Shown: positions 29,279 to 39,141, counted from the stretch's first letter. The stretch: 64,000 bases of DNA from Alkalispirochaeta sp. (GCA_965601925.1 OZ271854.1:2784001-2848000), one strand, 5' to 3'. Numbers and translations: made by a program. Notes: a model not told the origin generated them from the letters alone.

Positions 29279-30478
29279 ATGACGACCGAGCGCCGAGACC
29301 GTCGCCTCCTCCTCGCCCTGAGCTTTTTGGCCTTCGTCAGTCTCGGCCTGCCCGACGGTCTCCTCGGTGTAGCGTGGCCCTCGATCGCCCGTACCTTTTG
29401 GCGTCCCTTGAGCCGTCTTGCCTTGCTACAGCTCGCCGCCACGGCCGGCTTCTTCATTTCGAGTACCAACGCGGGGCGTCTGATACGCCTTCTCGGAGTG
29501 GGAAAACTCCTAATCGCCAGTAACGTCTTCGTGCTGGTCGGGATCATGTCTCTCTCGTTCGCGGAACGGTGGCCGTTTATCGTCGCCGCGATGACGGTAA
29601 TGGGTGCCGGCGGCGGCGCGATCGATGCCGGGCTCAATGCATACTCTGCCGAGCGGTTCTCCAAGGAGCATGTAACGCTGCTCCACGCCTTCTACGGCTT
29701 CGGCGCGATGATCGGGCCTCTGATAATGCGTCACGTGCTGCGGATCGGTGCACCGTGGCAAGTCGGCTACCGCGTCACTATGGGGATGATCGGTGCGCTC
29801 CTGGTGCTTTTTGTCGTTTCTCGGAAACGGTGGACCGACGGGGCCTCCGTCGCGGCGCGCCGATCGGGCGACCCGGACGTCGGAACCGCGCTATCCGAAG
29901 GGACGCTCCGCATCAAACGCTTCGTCGGGATCGCGCTCTTTCTTATCTACACCGGGCTCGAGGTCACCGCAGGCGCGTGGACCTTCACATGGCTTACCGC
30001 CGGCCGCGCAGTGGCGGAGGAGAGCGCCGCTTTGTGGGTCGGGGTGTACTGGATCGCGCTCACCGTCGGGCGTCTCTTCTTCGGCTTTGTCGGACGGAGG
30101 TGGCACACGCGCTCGATTCTGTCGGCAATGATCGCCGTCGTCGTATGCGGTGCGTTACTCTTCCTGCAACCGTGGTCCCAAAGCGCGACTTTGGCGGCGT
30201 TGCCGGTTATCGGGTTCGCCTGCGCACCGCTGTTTCCTCTGTTCGTGAGTTATACGCGAACCGTCGTCGGACCCCACCGCGCGACGACCGCGATCGGCCG
30301 CCAGGTGGCGGCAGCAAGTGTCGGCTCGGCCTTGGTTCCGCTGGCCGTCGGCCTCAGTGTCGATGCGATCTCCTTAGCGGCGATACCGGTCGCGTTGGTA
30401 GTGTTCGCCGTTCTTCTTGCGGCGCTATACATAACGTGGAAGAGCGGGGTATCGCGGGAGATCGTCGAGACGACATAA
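29279..30478 (+). CDS. MFS transporter
   Basis: About 12 hydrophobic segments; 'FVSLGLPDGLLGVAWPSI', 'IDAGLNAY', 'LHAFYGFGA'. Confidence 0.9.
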   Translation: MTTERRDRRLLLALSFLAFVSLGLPDGLLGVAWPSIARTFWRPLSRLALLQLAATAGFFISSTNAGRLIRLLGVGKLLIASNVFVLVGIMSLSFAERWPFIVAAMTVMGAGGGAIDAGLNAYSAERFSKEHVTLLHAFYGFGAMIGPLIMRHVLRIGAPWQVGYRVTMGMIGALLVLFVVSRKRWTDGASVAARRSGDPDVGTALSEGTLRIKRFVGIALFLIYTGLEVTAGAWTFTWLTAGRAVAEESAALWVGVYWIALTVGRLFFGFVGRRWHTRSILSAMIAVVVCGALLFLQPWSQSATLAALPVIGFACAPLFPLFVSYTRTVVGPHRATTAIGRQVAAASVGSALVPLAVGLSVDAISLAAIPVALVVFAVLLAALYITWKSGVSREIVETT

Positions 30479-30621
30479 CGGAGGGCGAGTCGGACGGACT
30501 GCGCGATCGCGTCTCCGCGTAGCTGCGACCCGCGGCGGGGGCGCCCGGCGTACGAGAGACGCGACGTGCATGGATTACGTCGGTTTCTCGCGGCCGACGG
30601 GTATGAGTCGGGAGAGACGCC

Positions 30622-32064
30622 TCAGCGTTCCCAGATTTCCGTTCGTGGATTGAACTGACTCCAGGCGAACCAAAACGCCTCATGGGCCGCCGCATCCGTC
30701 TCGCCGATGAACGCGCGTACGCCGCCGCCGTCAAGCTGCAGGCGAACTCCTCTGAGCTCTACGGACTCGCCGTCCCTCAGTGCAAGCGCCGCGTTGGCCA
30801 CCGGGAAGGCGACCGGCGTCCCGTCGGCGGCCCGTACGCCTAATACCAACTCCTGGATAGGAAGTCGTTGGTCGACGTCGCCCACCGGGAAGATCGGCCC
30901 GTGATCGTCGCGCCCCCTCAAGGGGTCGAGCGGATACACCGTGCCGGGGACGCCGCCGTCTCCGGCGATGATGGTCGTCTCGGGATGCGCCTCTTTCCAT
31001 TCCTCCCACGTCGAGGTGACCACGGACGCCTGGTTGAGCCGGACTTCGGCGTCGAGTAAAGGCCCCGACAGCGCTCTGCCGGTGAAGGTGTCTACGGCGG
31101 ACCATGTGCTGATGTCGTACATGAACTTGTTCGACCGCGACAGGAGCCCGGAGGTCCGAAGGACCGGCTGAAATCCTTCGACATCGTCGGTGTAGTAAAC
31201 TTGGGCCGCACCGCAGAGCGTACAGTAGGGCATCGCGATGCGCCGTCCGCCGAGCGTGTCGTTTACCATTTCGTGGACTTGCATGATGTTCTTGGGGTAG
31301 GCTCGCGCCTCGCCGTTGATCACCACTCCGAATACCAACGCGTCGTCCGGGTACCAACTGCCGCCCATTGCGCTCGTCACCGGCGGGTCGTCGAGAGCCG
31401 GAATACAGCGGATGCAGCGTCTGCCGGGACTCGCATCGAGGCGGTCGTCGATCAGCACGCCTCCCCATTCGACCAAGCGCCAATCTATGATCGATGTCTC
31501 GTCGTCGAAAAACGGAGCCCACCTCGGCTCGATGAGTGTGAGAACGTCTCGCTTAATCTCCCGGTAGCCCGGAGGAGCGCTCAAGTCCCATGCGATCAGG
31601 TGGTCGGCGACCTCGTTGTTGCGCTCTCGCGGCAAGACCGTTCCGGTGAGGGACTCGAAGGCTGCGACGATCTCCTCGCGATCGGCCGCCCGGGAGAATC
31701 GCATCAGATCGTTAAGAAACCACAGTACGCGAGGGTCGCCTGACCGTCCGAGAACGGCCACCGCGTCGCGATCGATATCGCCGAGCCGCAACCCGTCGAC
31801 GATGCTCTGCATCGCCTCGTTCGCCTCGTCGGCGAGGGGTCCGCTCGGAACCTCCGGAGCCTCGGGAAAGCGTTGACCGTAGCTGCCGACGAGCCCGCCG
31901 GTCGAGGAATCTGACGCGCGTTCGCCGGACTCCGGTGTCCCGGCGCAGGCAACAAGAGAGATGACGATTGTTACGATGACCAATCCCAACGGTATACGAG
32001 ACGATAGCCGCCGCAACGCGGCGAGAGTCGGACGGTTCGTGTGCCGTGCGCCGAAAGTCTTCAT
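30622..32064 (-). CDS. DUF3179-domain lipoprotein
   Basis: Lipobox-like 'LVAC'; 'IPALDDP', 'GEARAYP..HEMVND', 'YCTLCG', 'SGLL..SN..MYD', 'FWFAW'. Start ATG 32064 is uncertain. Confidence 0.82.
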   Translation of the reverse strand: MKTFGARHTNRPTLAALRRLSSRIPLGLVIVTIVISLVACAGTPESGERASDSSTGGLVGSYGQRFPEAPEVPSGPLADEANEAMQSIVDGLRLGDIDRDAVAVLGRSGDPRVLWFLNDLMRFSRAADREEIVAAFESLTGTVLPRERNNEVADHLIAWDLSAPPGYREIKRDVLTLIEPRWAPFFDDETSIIDWRLVEWGGVLIDDRLDASPGRRCIRCIPALDDPPVTSAMGGSWYPDDALVFGVVINGEARAYPKNIMQVHEMVNDTLGGRRIAMPYCTLCGAAQVYYTDDVEGFQPVLRTSGLLSRSNKFMYDISTWSAVDTFTGRALSGPLLDAEVRLNQASVVTSTWEEWKEAHPETTIIAGDGGVPGTVYPLDPLRGRDDHGPIFPVGDVDQRLPIQELVLGVRAADGTPVAFPVANAALALRDGESVELRGVRLQLDGGGVRAFIGETDAAAHEAFWFAWSQFNPRTEIWER

Positions 32065-32226
32065 AAAGATAGTATCAATTGTATCTACAATATTCGTCAA
32101 GTTACACGAAGCGCAGTCGCGGCATCGGGCGTGTTCACACCGATTCGGTCGCGATCGGAGCCCGGTCGACACGTCGTCGCCGTCACGGTACTCTGGGGCT
32201 GCACACTCAAACGAATGGAGATAGCC

Positions 32227-33135
32227 ATGAAACCGACCCTTCTGGTACTTGCAGCGGGTATGGGAAGCCGCTACGGCGGTGTCAAACAGATCGATCCCGT
32301 AGGCCCGTCGGGCGAGGCGATCATCGACTATTCGATATACGATGCGATCCGTTCGGGATTCGATCGGGTGATCTTTGTTATTCGAAGGGAGATCGAGGCC
32401 GACGTACGCGCGTTCTTTGCCGACAAGTTCGACGGAACGATTCGCGCGGACTACGTGTATCAGGATCTGTCCGATGTGCAGGGCGCTTTCACGGTGCCGG
32501 CACAGCGCGCCAAGCCCTGGGGCACTGCGCACGCCGTTCTCGCCGCCAGAGAGGCGATCGACGCGCCCTTTGCGGTGATCAACGGCGACGACTTTTACGG
32601 CCGCAGCGCCTTGGCGACGATGGCCGACTATCTGAGCGCCGCGCCGGCGGACGGTACGGACTACGCGATGGTCGGATACCGACTGGATCGTACGTTGAGC
32701 GCGAACGGAACCGTTTCGCGCGGGATCGTGCTCCATGACGACGCGGGATGGCTCACATCGATCGAAGAGCACACCAAAATCGCGGCAGAAGGCGATGTGG
32801 TGATCAGCCGGGACGACGGTGGAGCGGAGCGCGCGCGGTTTGACGGGAGCGAGGCGACCAGTATGAATCTCTTCGGATTCACCCCGCGAGCGATGCGCCA
32901 ATTCGAGGACGAGTTTGCCGGCTTTCTTGCGGCGCACGGAACCGAGCCGAAGAGCGAGTTCTATATCCCCTACGCTATGAACCTTCTGAAGGAGAAGGGT
33001 AAGGCGCGTATGAAGGTACTCCGAAGCGACTCCGAATGGTTTGGCGTGACCTATCGCGAGGACCGTCCGGCGGTAGTCCGGCGAGTACGGGAGCTGGTCG
33101 ACGCCGGAGCGTACCCCGGCGCCCTGTGGTCGTAA
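32227..33135 (+). CDS. Sugar-phosphate nucleotidyltransferase family protein
   Basis: 'LAAGMGSRYGG.KQ', 'KPWGTAHA', 'VINGDDFYG', 'WFGVTYRED'. Confidence 0.92.
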   Translation: MKPTLLVLAAGMGSRYGGVKQIDPVGPSGEAIIDYSIYDAIRSGFDRVIFVIRREIEADVRAFFADKFDGTIRADYVYQDLSDVQGAFTVPAQRAKPWGTAHAVLAAREAIDAPFAVINGDDFYGRSALATMADYLSAAPADGTDYAMVGYRLDRTLSANGTVSRGIVLHDDAGWLTSIEEHTKIAAEGDVVISRDDGGAERARFDGSEATSMNLFGFTPRAMRQFEDEFAGFLAAHGTEPKSEFYIPYAMNLLKEKGKARMKVLRSDSEWFGVTYREDRPAVVRRVRELVDAGAYPGALWS

Positions 33136-33207
33136 TAACGCCCTTTTTTGTCCGTCTCATCGGATTTTCACGCTGTTCTGTTATCGTAAGAGGTAAGGGG
33201 GAACGCA

Positions 33208-34599
33208 ATGAATCTCTTTGCAAAGTGCAATCGAAGGACGGTCCTGAAAGCCGCGCTGGTGCTGGTCGTCTCGATGTGGACGGTTTTTCAAGCGATGGGA
33301 CAGAGCCGCGGGAACGCGGCGCCGGATCTCGTAATCGTCAATATGGCCGATACCCATTCGGCGTACGACGCGTACCCGCGTATCCTGACCGGCGTGGCCG
33401 ATATAGCGCAGGAGTATGCCGGTGCCGAGGTGGTCTTTCTCTTCAACGGCGACCTATTCGAATCGGGAAACGCGGCTGCACGCAAATCGGCGGGTAGGGT
33501 CGATTGGGAGTTCTTGCGCCGCCTCGGCGCCTACGGCGAGGTGATAATCAACGTCGGTAACCACGAGTTCGACTTCGTGACGCCCGATGCGTTCGTCGCA
33601 ACCGCACGTCGACACGAGGCGACGGTTATCGGCACCGTCGCTACCGTCGCGGAGCCCGGCTTGACGCCCCCTTCCACCGATCTGGTCGTCGCCGGGAGGC
33701 GCATACGCATTGTCGGTGTCGGTACCGACAGCCTCAACACCTATCCGCAGTCCATTCGCGACTCGTTGTCGATCCCCGATCCGCTCGCGTGGACCGTCTC
33801 TCGGTGGGACGATGTAACGGCCGGCGCGGACCACACGATCCTGGCAAGCCACGCCGGTTTGACGGCCGATCTGGCGATACTCGAGGCGATCGCAGGAGAC
33901 GAGTCGATCCTTTTTGCCGTCGGCGGGCACGACCACATTGTGGTGCGCGACGCGATCGCCGGTGTTCCCTATATGCACAACGGATTTCGCGGCGAACGAT
34001 TCAACGTGACCGAAGTCTACCTCTCCTCCCCGGTCGAGGTACGATTTCGCGACGTCGTTACCGCGGAGATCGTCGAAGAGGACCAGGCGATGGTGCACGA
34101 AGTCGCCATGGTGCGTAGCCAGTACCTCGACCCCGAGGATATCCGGATCGTCGGTACCGTCGACGCCGATATGACGGTCCTGGAAGGGGCGATGTGGGCC
34201 GTCGAGACGCTGCGGCGTGCAACCGAGGCCGACGTCGTCTTTCTCAACCACACGTCCTTTGGATCGGGCCTTGCGGCCGGCGCACTGCCGCGTTACCGTT
34301 TCGACCAGTTCATGCGCTTCGATAACGACGTGATGCGTGCCACCGTCGGGGCCGAGACGTTGCGCACCATCCTCTCGCGGAGCAATCAGCATACGATGCG
34401 CGATGTTGTCGCCCGAAGCGGGGATTTCCTCTACTCCAACGACGTGTCCGTCGTCGACGGTCGCCGCTATGATATCGTTACCTCGAGCTGGGTCGCTCTG
34501 GACTTCAACCAAATGCGGTATCTAGGAGCGGAGATAGCGTTCGAGGCGCTCCCGGGCGTTACGACGAAAGGTATTCTGCTCGACGCGTTGAGCGACTGA
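33208..34599 (+). CDS. Exported metallophosphoesterase / 5'-nucleotidase family protein
   Basis: Signal peptide; 'ADTHS', 'NGDLFE', 'GNHEFD', 'SHAG', 'GGHDH' and a 5'-NT-like C-terminal domain. Confidence 0.88.
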   Translation: MNLFAKCNRRTVLKAALVLVVSMWTVFQAMGQSRGNAAPDLVIVNMADTHSAYDAYPRILTGVADIAQEYAGAEVVFLFNGDLFESGNAAARKSAGRVDWEFLRRLGAYGEVIINVGNHEFDFVTPDAFVATARRHEATVIGTVATVAEPGLTPPSTDLVVAGRRIRIVGVGTDSLNTYPQSIRDSLSIPDPLAWTVSRWDDVTAGADHTILASHAGLTADLAILEAIAGDESILFAVGGHDHIVVRDAIAGVPYMHNGFRGERFNVTEVYLSSPVEVRFRDVVTAEIVEEDQAMVHEVAMVRSQYLDPEDIRIVGTVDADMTVLEGAMWAVETLRRATEADVVFLNHTSFGSGLAAGALPRYRFDQFMRFDNDVMRATVGAETLRTILSRSNQHTMRDVVARSGDFLYSNDVSVVDGRRYDIVTSSWVALDFNQMRYLGAEIAFEALPGVTTKGILLDALSD

Positions 34600-34645
34600 G
34601 TGTCGGGATGCCCGAGGGCGTGCTCGAGCAACCCGGCGGCTCCGC

Positions 34646-35560
34646 CTATAGTGCGAGCCGATCCTGCATCGGGGAATAACGACCGACGCGCTCGGCCAGA
34701 AGCTCCTCGGCGCGCTTCTGGCCCGACCGGTACTCCGGATTGTGCGGCATCGCCTCGAGCGCGGCGCGGTAGCACGGGAGCGCCTCGTGCGGCTCGCCCG
34801 CTTCCATCCACGCCTCGCCCATCAGGCCCTGCACCCACGCCTCCTGCTCGCGCTCGAAGGCGTTACGATAGCAAAAGATCGCCTTGTGGACGTGGCGCAT
34901 CTGCTGAAAGAGTGTCCCCAGTTGCAGCCAGCCGCGGGATCGGTCCCCATCGTCGACGGCGTGGGAGATCGCACGGCGCAGAGCCGATGCGGCCTTCCAA
35001 GAGTCTCCGGCAACGATATACTCGTCGGCCCGGCGTAGCCATACGCTCGCGCTGAATCGCGTCGGGTCGCGCATGAGATCGCGAATCTCAATCGAGTCCT
35101 CCACCGTCTCCTGGAACAGGTCCATTTGATGGCTCGCATCCGCGTCGTGGAGTTGATAACTCGTGACGTGTCGAGGCGTAGTCTCTACGACGTGAAATCC
35201 CGCCGGTGCATCATCTATGATTTCCGCTTCGTAGTAGCGTAGCCCGAGCCAAGCGATCCACCGTGCGCGCTCCTCATCGGTACCCGGGAGGGCCGAGAAG
35301 GGCGAATCCTCGCCGTAATCGACCTCGGAAAGAATCGTTCTATCTCGGTATCCGCCTCGGATCCAACTCCGCCGAGATCCCGGAAGCGCTTTCAGGAGGG
35401 GTTTGATCCACCACCAAAACGGTCCGAAGTGTCTATGTTCGCGCCGCTCGACCGCCAATCGAGGTGTAAGAGCGCCGAGCGTCTCCTCGATCTCCGTATC
35501 TCGGCGGCGGGAGGATACTCCGTCGAGCAGACTGTTGATATCGTCGCGTGAAAAGTACAC
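34646..35560 (-). CDS. Hypothetical protein with C-terminal TPR repeats
   Basis: TPR-like 'GWLQLGTLFQQM..KAIFCYRNA', 'EALPCYRAALEAMPHNPEY'; AAGGAG RBS before GTG. Confidence 0.8.
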   Translation of the reverse strand: MYFSRDDINSLLDGVSSRRRDTEIEETLGALTPRLAVERREHRHFGPFWWWIKPLLKALPGSRRSWIRGGYRDRTILSEVDYGEDSPFSALPGTDEERARWIAWLGLRYYEAEIIDDAPAGFHVVETTPRHVTSYQLHDADASHQMDLFQETVEDSIEIRDLMRDPTRFSASVWLRRADEYIVAGDSWKAASALRRAISHAVDDGDRSRGWLQLGTLFQQMRHVHKAIFCYRNAFEREQEAWVQGLMGEAWMEAGEPHEALPCYRAALEAMPHNPEYRSGQKRAEELLAERVGRYSPMQDRLAL

Positions 35561-35640
35561 CGCTGCTCCTTATGCGTTTTTTTCTGTATCGGCGTTTTTG
35601 CGCAAAACTGGATCGCCGGATCCGGTGATCCGAGCGAGTT

Positions 35641-35997
35641 CTATCGTCGATCGGCTCGGGAGAGCGTCGCGATCAAGTCCTCGAGAGACGCCCTCGGGCC
35701 TTGAGGAAGGTCGGCATTAAACTCGTCCAGAACCAGTCGTAATCCGCGATACTCGCGGTCGGTCAGCATGACCGTGCCGGCGTCCAAACCGCCGGAAAAC
35801 AGATCGACCAACGAAGCACCGATCTGTTGCGCCCCGTCCATGTTGAAATCTTCGACGAGACGCCGATAGATGGTGGGGCCCAGTTCGGGGAGTGAGAGAA
35901 AGCGTCCCAATACCTCGCCGCTCTCTTCGGCCAACGCCTCGAGGTGGCGACTCGTGCGGGTTTTCAACTCCTCCAAGAAGGCCTCGCGGGGAATCAT
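35641..35997 (-). CDS. Hypothetical protein (118 aa, acidic, helical)
   Basis: Protein-like segment 'MIPREAFLEELK..'; promoter TTGACC-17-TATCGT ends 6 nt before the ATG. Confidence 0.7.
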   Translation of the reverse strand: MIPREAFLEELKTRTSRHLEALAEESGEVLGRFLSLPELGPTIYRRLVEDFNMDGAQQIGASLVDLFSGGLDAGTVMLTDREYRGLRLVLDEFNADLPQGPRASLEDLIATLSRADRR

Positions 35998-36082
35998 ATG
36001 CAGACGATAGCCGGAGCGCGGGACGAGGTCAACGGCCTCGTCACGAATCCCGCCGGTTCCGGCCGCGGACGGCAAAGCCCGG

Positions 36083-36400
36083 CGGTGGTCGGAATGCGTC
36101 GACCGGTCGAGCGAGATCCGCTCTCGCGCGGTACGTAATGCGCGATGCTCACCATGGTGAGCATCGCCGCTACCGATACCGCCAGTTCCGACCGTGGTCG
36201 GAATGCGTCGACCAGTCGAGCGAGATCCGCCCTCGCGCGGTACGTAATGCGCGATGCTCACGACTGTGAGCATCGCCACTACCGATACCGCCAGTTCCGA
36301 CGGTGGTCGGAATGCGTCGACCGGTCGAGCGAGATCCGCCCTCGCGCGGTACGTAACGCGCGATGCTCACGACTGTGAGCATCGCCACTACCGATACCGC
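36083..36400. repeat. About 3 tandem 109-bp units with REP-like hairpins (BIME-like)
   Basis: Units start at 36083, 36192 and 36301; each has GCGATGCTCAC-N4-GTGAGCATCGC, preceded on the minus strand by GTAG-N2. Confidence 0.92.
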
Positions 36401-37503
36401 AAGACGAATATGCCGGGAAAGATACCGCCGATCTCGATGATGCGGACGTGCAGAATGCTCCACTCCGTCCGTCCCGCGATCACACGGTTAAGTCGGCCCC
36501 GCCGTTTGGAGCTCATGAGCACTAGGCGTCCGCCAGGAGGAAGTATCGCCGCCGCGTTGTCCAGGAGGGCGCCGTACAGGGACGCGAAATCGAGGCCGCG
36601 ACCGGAACGCACCCCGAAAGGCGGGTCGCAGACGATGGTATCGATGTCGTATCCGGCGTAGATGGACGCGAGTCTCGTCGCATCGGCGAGACGAGTTTGG
36701 ACGCGGTGAAGTCGTGCGTGTATCGCGAGGTTGGCGCGCGTGCCGGCGATCGCCTCGCTCATGATGTCGGAGGCGTAAATGCGACGCTGTGAGAGCGCGG
36801 GGGTGTGCGCCGCCTCGAGCGGTATCGTTCCCGAGCCGCAAAAGGGGTCGAGTATGCCGCCGTGCCGACTCGCGACCGCACGGTGTACCGAGCCCGCGTC
36901 GGGTGCGTCGGTCGATGCGTACCGCAGAAGCGCCGCGGCGACCACCGGATTGAGTGCGACGCGGGGGCGGTAGAGCCACTCGAACCGGCGGTCCATCGGA
37001 TACGGATTCATGAGCAGACCGCAGTAGAGTACGTCGCCGTAGAGATATACGCGTACCGTCAGGTCGGGTGAGGTGAGGTCGACCGGAGCGCCGGTGCGCG
37101 CGACGAGAATCGCTCCGATTTCGCGCTCGACATCGGCACTCTTGAGTGCGTGGGCTCCTCGACGGATACAGCGAACGGCAAACGGCGTGTCGGCATCAAG
37201 CTCCGGGAAATCCGTCGACTCACCCCGGTCGCGGACGATCCGCAGCGCCTCGATGCGCGATGAGGCCTGGAGGTTGGGATGGACCGCGGCCGACCTGATT
37301 TCGGTAATCTCATACGCGCAGCGCACCGCTGCGAAGGCCTCCCACCCGATCGGACGCGGCGATGTAAGGTGTACGGCGTCGCGTACTCCGTCGGGAGACT
37401 CCCGTATTTCGATGCGTGGATCAGGGCCCGTCAGATCCCGTAGCTCGGCACCCAGCACCTCTTGAAGCCCCGGGTTGGTACGTGCGTGGTAGCAATAGCG
37501 CAT
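36388..37503 (-). CDS. THUMP-domain RNA methyltransferase (Trm14/RlmL-like)
   Basis: THUMP-like 'FAVRCIRRG.H..S..VEREIG..VDLTSPD', SAM motif 'LDPFCGSGTI', 'DPPFG'. Start uncertain. Confidence 0.85.
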   Translation of the reverse strand: MRYCYHARTNPGLQEVLGAELRDLTGPDPRIEIRESPDGVRDAVHLTSPRPIGWEAFAAVRCAYEITEIRSAAVHPNLQASSRIEALRIVRDRGESTDFPELDADTPFAVRCIRRGAHALKSADVEREIGAILVARTGAPVDLTSPDLTVRVYLYGDVLYCGLLMNPYPMDRRFEWLYRPRVALNPVVAAALLRYASTDAPDAGSVHRAVASRHGGILDPFCGSGTIPLEAAHTPALSQRRIYASDIMSEAIAGTRANLAIHARLHRVQTRLADATRLASIYAGYDIDTIVCDPPFGVRSGRGLDFASLYGALLDNAAAILPPGGRLVLMSSKRRGRLNRVIAGRTEWSILHVRIIEIGGIFPGIFVLRYR

Positions 37504-37533
37504 CCTGCGGGCTATCTTACTACACTGCATATC

Positions 37534-39141
37534 ATGGATGTATCCTTGACCCCGTCGGAGCTCACACCGGGGCGCATTCAAGCTCTTCTCCTCGATAGAC
37601 GGGCCGAGGTACGGGTAGCGCCCGCCGATCTCGCCGCGGCCGCCGGACCGTTCACCGTTCGATTGCGGGTCGATGGGAACGTCGGCGGGAGCGATTCCGT
37701 ATCCGATACGGAGTATCGCGTCGCGGAGCCCGGAGGCGGGTTGGCCGCCGTCGTGGCGACCGTAGTCCGGGCCGGACGTATCGAAGGACGCCGGAGCGGC
37801 GACGACGCAGTCCTGGTCCGTGTACCTGCCGCGGCCGCCGCGTGGATCGCCGATCGCGCGCTCCTGTGGGCGACATTGTGCGGCACCTTCGGTACGGCGG
37901 CCGGTATCCCGGAGGTCGAAGAGGTCGACAGCGGAGCGTTGCGTTCAGCGATCTCCGAACGCCGCGTTTGGCACTGCCGGCTCGAGGCGAGCGACGCTCG
38001 CGATCCGATCGCCGCGTGGCTCGTCGTCGAGACCGATAGCGAGTCACCGCACCACCAGCCCTCGCGTCGCCTGGCCGCCGGGTTGAATATGACGCGTGAT
38101 ATCCTTCGGAGGGCGGGGCTCGGCGAGGTTCATCTCAAGGTGCGTCGTCAGCCTCCCTCCTCGGTCGACGAGGGCAGAGTCGTGCTCCGCATGACGAGTC
38201 CCGCTTGGCAGGCGTTCTGGCCGATGCGTACGGCCGTGCGGCTGATGGAGGCCCTCGTGCTGCGCGACGGCGACGCGGTGGACGCTCACCGTTACGATCG
38301 CCATCGCGACGGCGACGAGCGACTCGTCGGGCTGCAACGGGCCGCCGCCCTGCGATTGCTCGATGCCGAGGTAACGACAAACGGCCTCGTGAGACTCTTG
38401 CAATCGCTCCCTCGGACCTCCACGGAGAAGATCGGGCGTTACGCCGTACGCGCCGTTGTCGAGTTGGCGCGCGCCGGCGGAGTCGCAACGCGTGAGTTCG
38501 TCGAATCCGCTTACCGTAGCGGAAAGGCATATCGCGATCTGGCGGGAATCGTACGATGGTTCCCCGAGGCGATCCGCGACCGCTTCGCCGCCGCCCTCGG
38601 TGGACGCTGGGAACAACTCGCGAGTCACGGTACGCGGCGACCGCTCCCGGCCGGCGAGCAGGGGCGCGCCTATCCGTGGATCGCCGTACCGGAGGCGTGC
38701 GAACGCCTCGTCTCCGATCTCGCGTCCCGGGCACGTCGCGCGGGCGGGGGACTCTCGGCGGTAACCGGCACAGTAGTGGAACGGTTCTACACCGCCCCGC
38801 GGGGCGAGCGGCTTCAAGCCGTATGGCGACGACAACGCGTCGCCGGCGACTTGGGACGCGCCCTGGAGGATACGATGCTCTCCCGTCTCCGGCGCGAACT
38901 ACCGCATATGCCGCGGGAGGTTCTCGTTTTGGCGATGGTCGAGGAAAATCGTGACACCAAGCAACGCATCTCCGCCATATTCTCGCGCCGCGGGAGAACG
39001 CTCTTTCTGGAGGATGTCGCGGCACTGGAGGCCGCTGTGGCGCGACGGGAGTTCCGTGAGTGGGATCGCGTGCTCTCGGCGCGACGGGAGCTCCTGCGCC
39101 GCCTCGTGCAGGGCAGCCGAATCGCGGCGAAGCGCCGCTAA
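37534..39141 (+). CDS. Hypothetical protein with C-terminal FliG-C-like segment
   Basis: Long ORF filling the gap between divergent and convergent genes; 'LRRELPHMPREVLVLAM..TKQRISAIFSRRGRTLFLEDV'. Confidence 0.6.
   Translation: MDVSLTPSELTPGRIQALLLDRRAEVRVAPADLAAAAGPFTVRLRVDGNVGGSDSVSDTEYRVAEPGGGLAAVVATVVRAGRIEGRRSGDDAVLVRVPAAAAAWIADRALLWATLCGTFGTAAGIPEVEEVDSGALRSAISERRVWHCRLEASDARDPIAAWLVVETDSESPHHQPSRRLAAGLNMTRDILRRAGLGEVHLKVRRQPPSSVDEGRVVLRMTSPAWQAFWPMRTAVRLMEALVLRDGDAVDAHRYDRHRDGDERLVGLQRAAALRLLDAEVTTNGLVRLLQSLPRTSTEKIGRYAVRAVVELARAGGVATREFVESAYRSGKAYRDLAGIVRWFPEAIRDRFAAALGGRWEQLASHGTRRPLPAGEQGRAYPWIAVPEACERLVSDLASRARRAGGGLSAVTGTVVERFYTAPRGERLQAVWRRQRVAGDLGRALEDTMLSRLRRELPHMPREVLVLAMVEENRDTKQRISAIFSRRGRTLFLEDVAALEAAVARREFREWDRVLSARRELLRRLVQGSRIAAKRR

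Noticed and set aside
32065..32937. 771-aa version of the DUF3179 ORF
   Set aside because: The extension is the antisense shadow of the nucleotidyltransferase gene; the signal peptide and promoter fit a start near 32064.
36083..36400. CRISPR array
   Set aside because: Whole 109-bp units repeat with no unique spacers, and no cas genes are in the window.
35998..36661. ORFs running through the repeat array (35892-36269, 36145-36378, 36254-36661, and the 5' extension to 36279)
   Set aside because: The unit length is not a multiple of 3 and the same peptides recur in shifting frames; the real gene appears to start at 35997 behind its own promoter.
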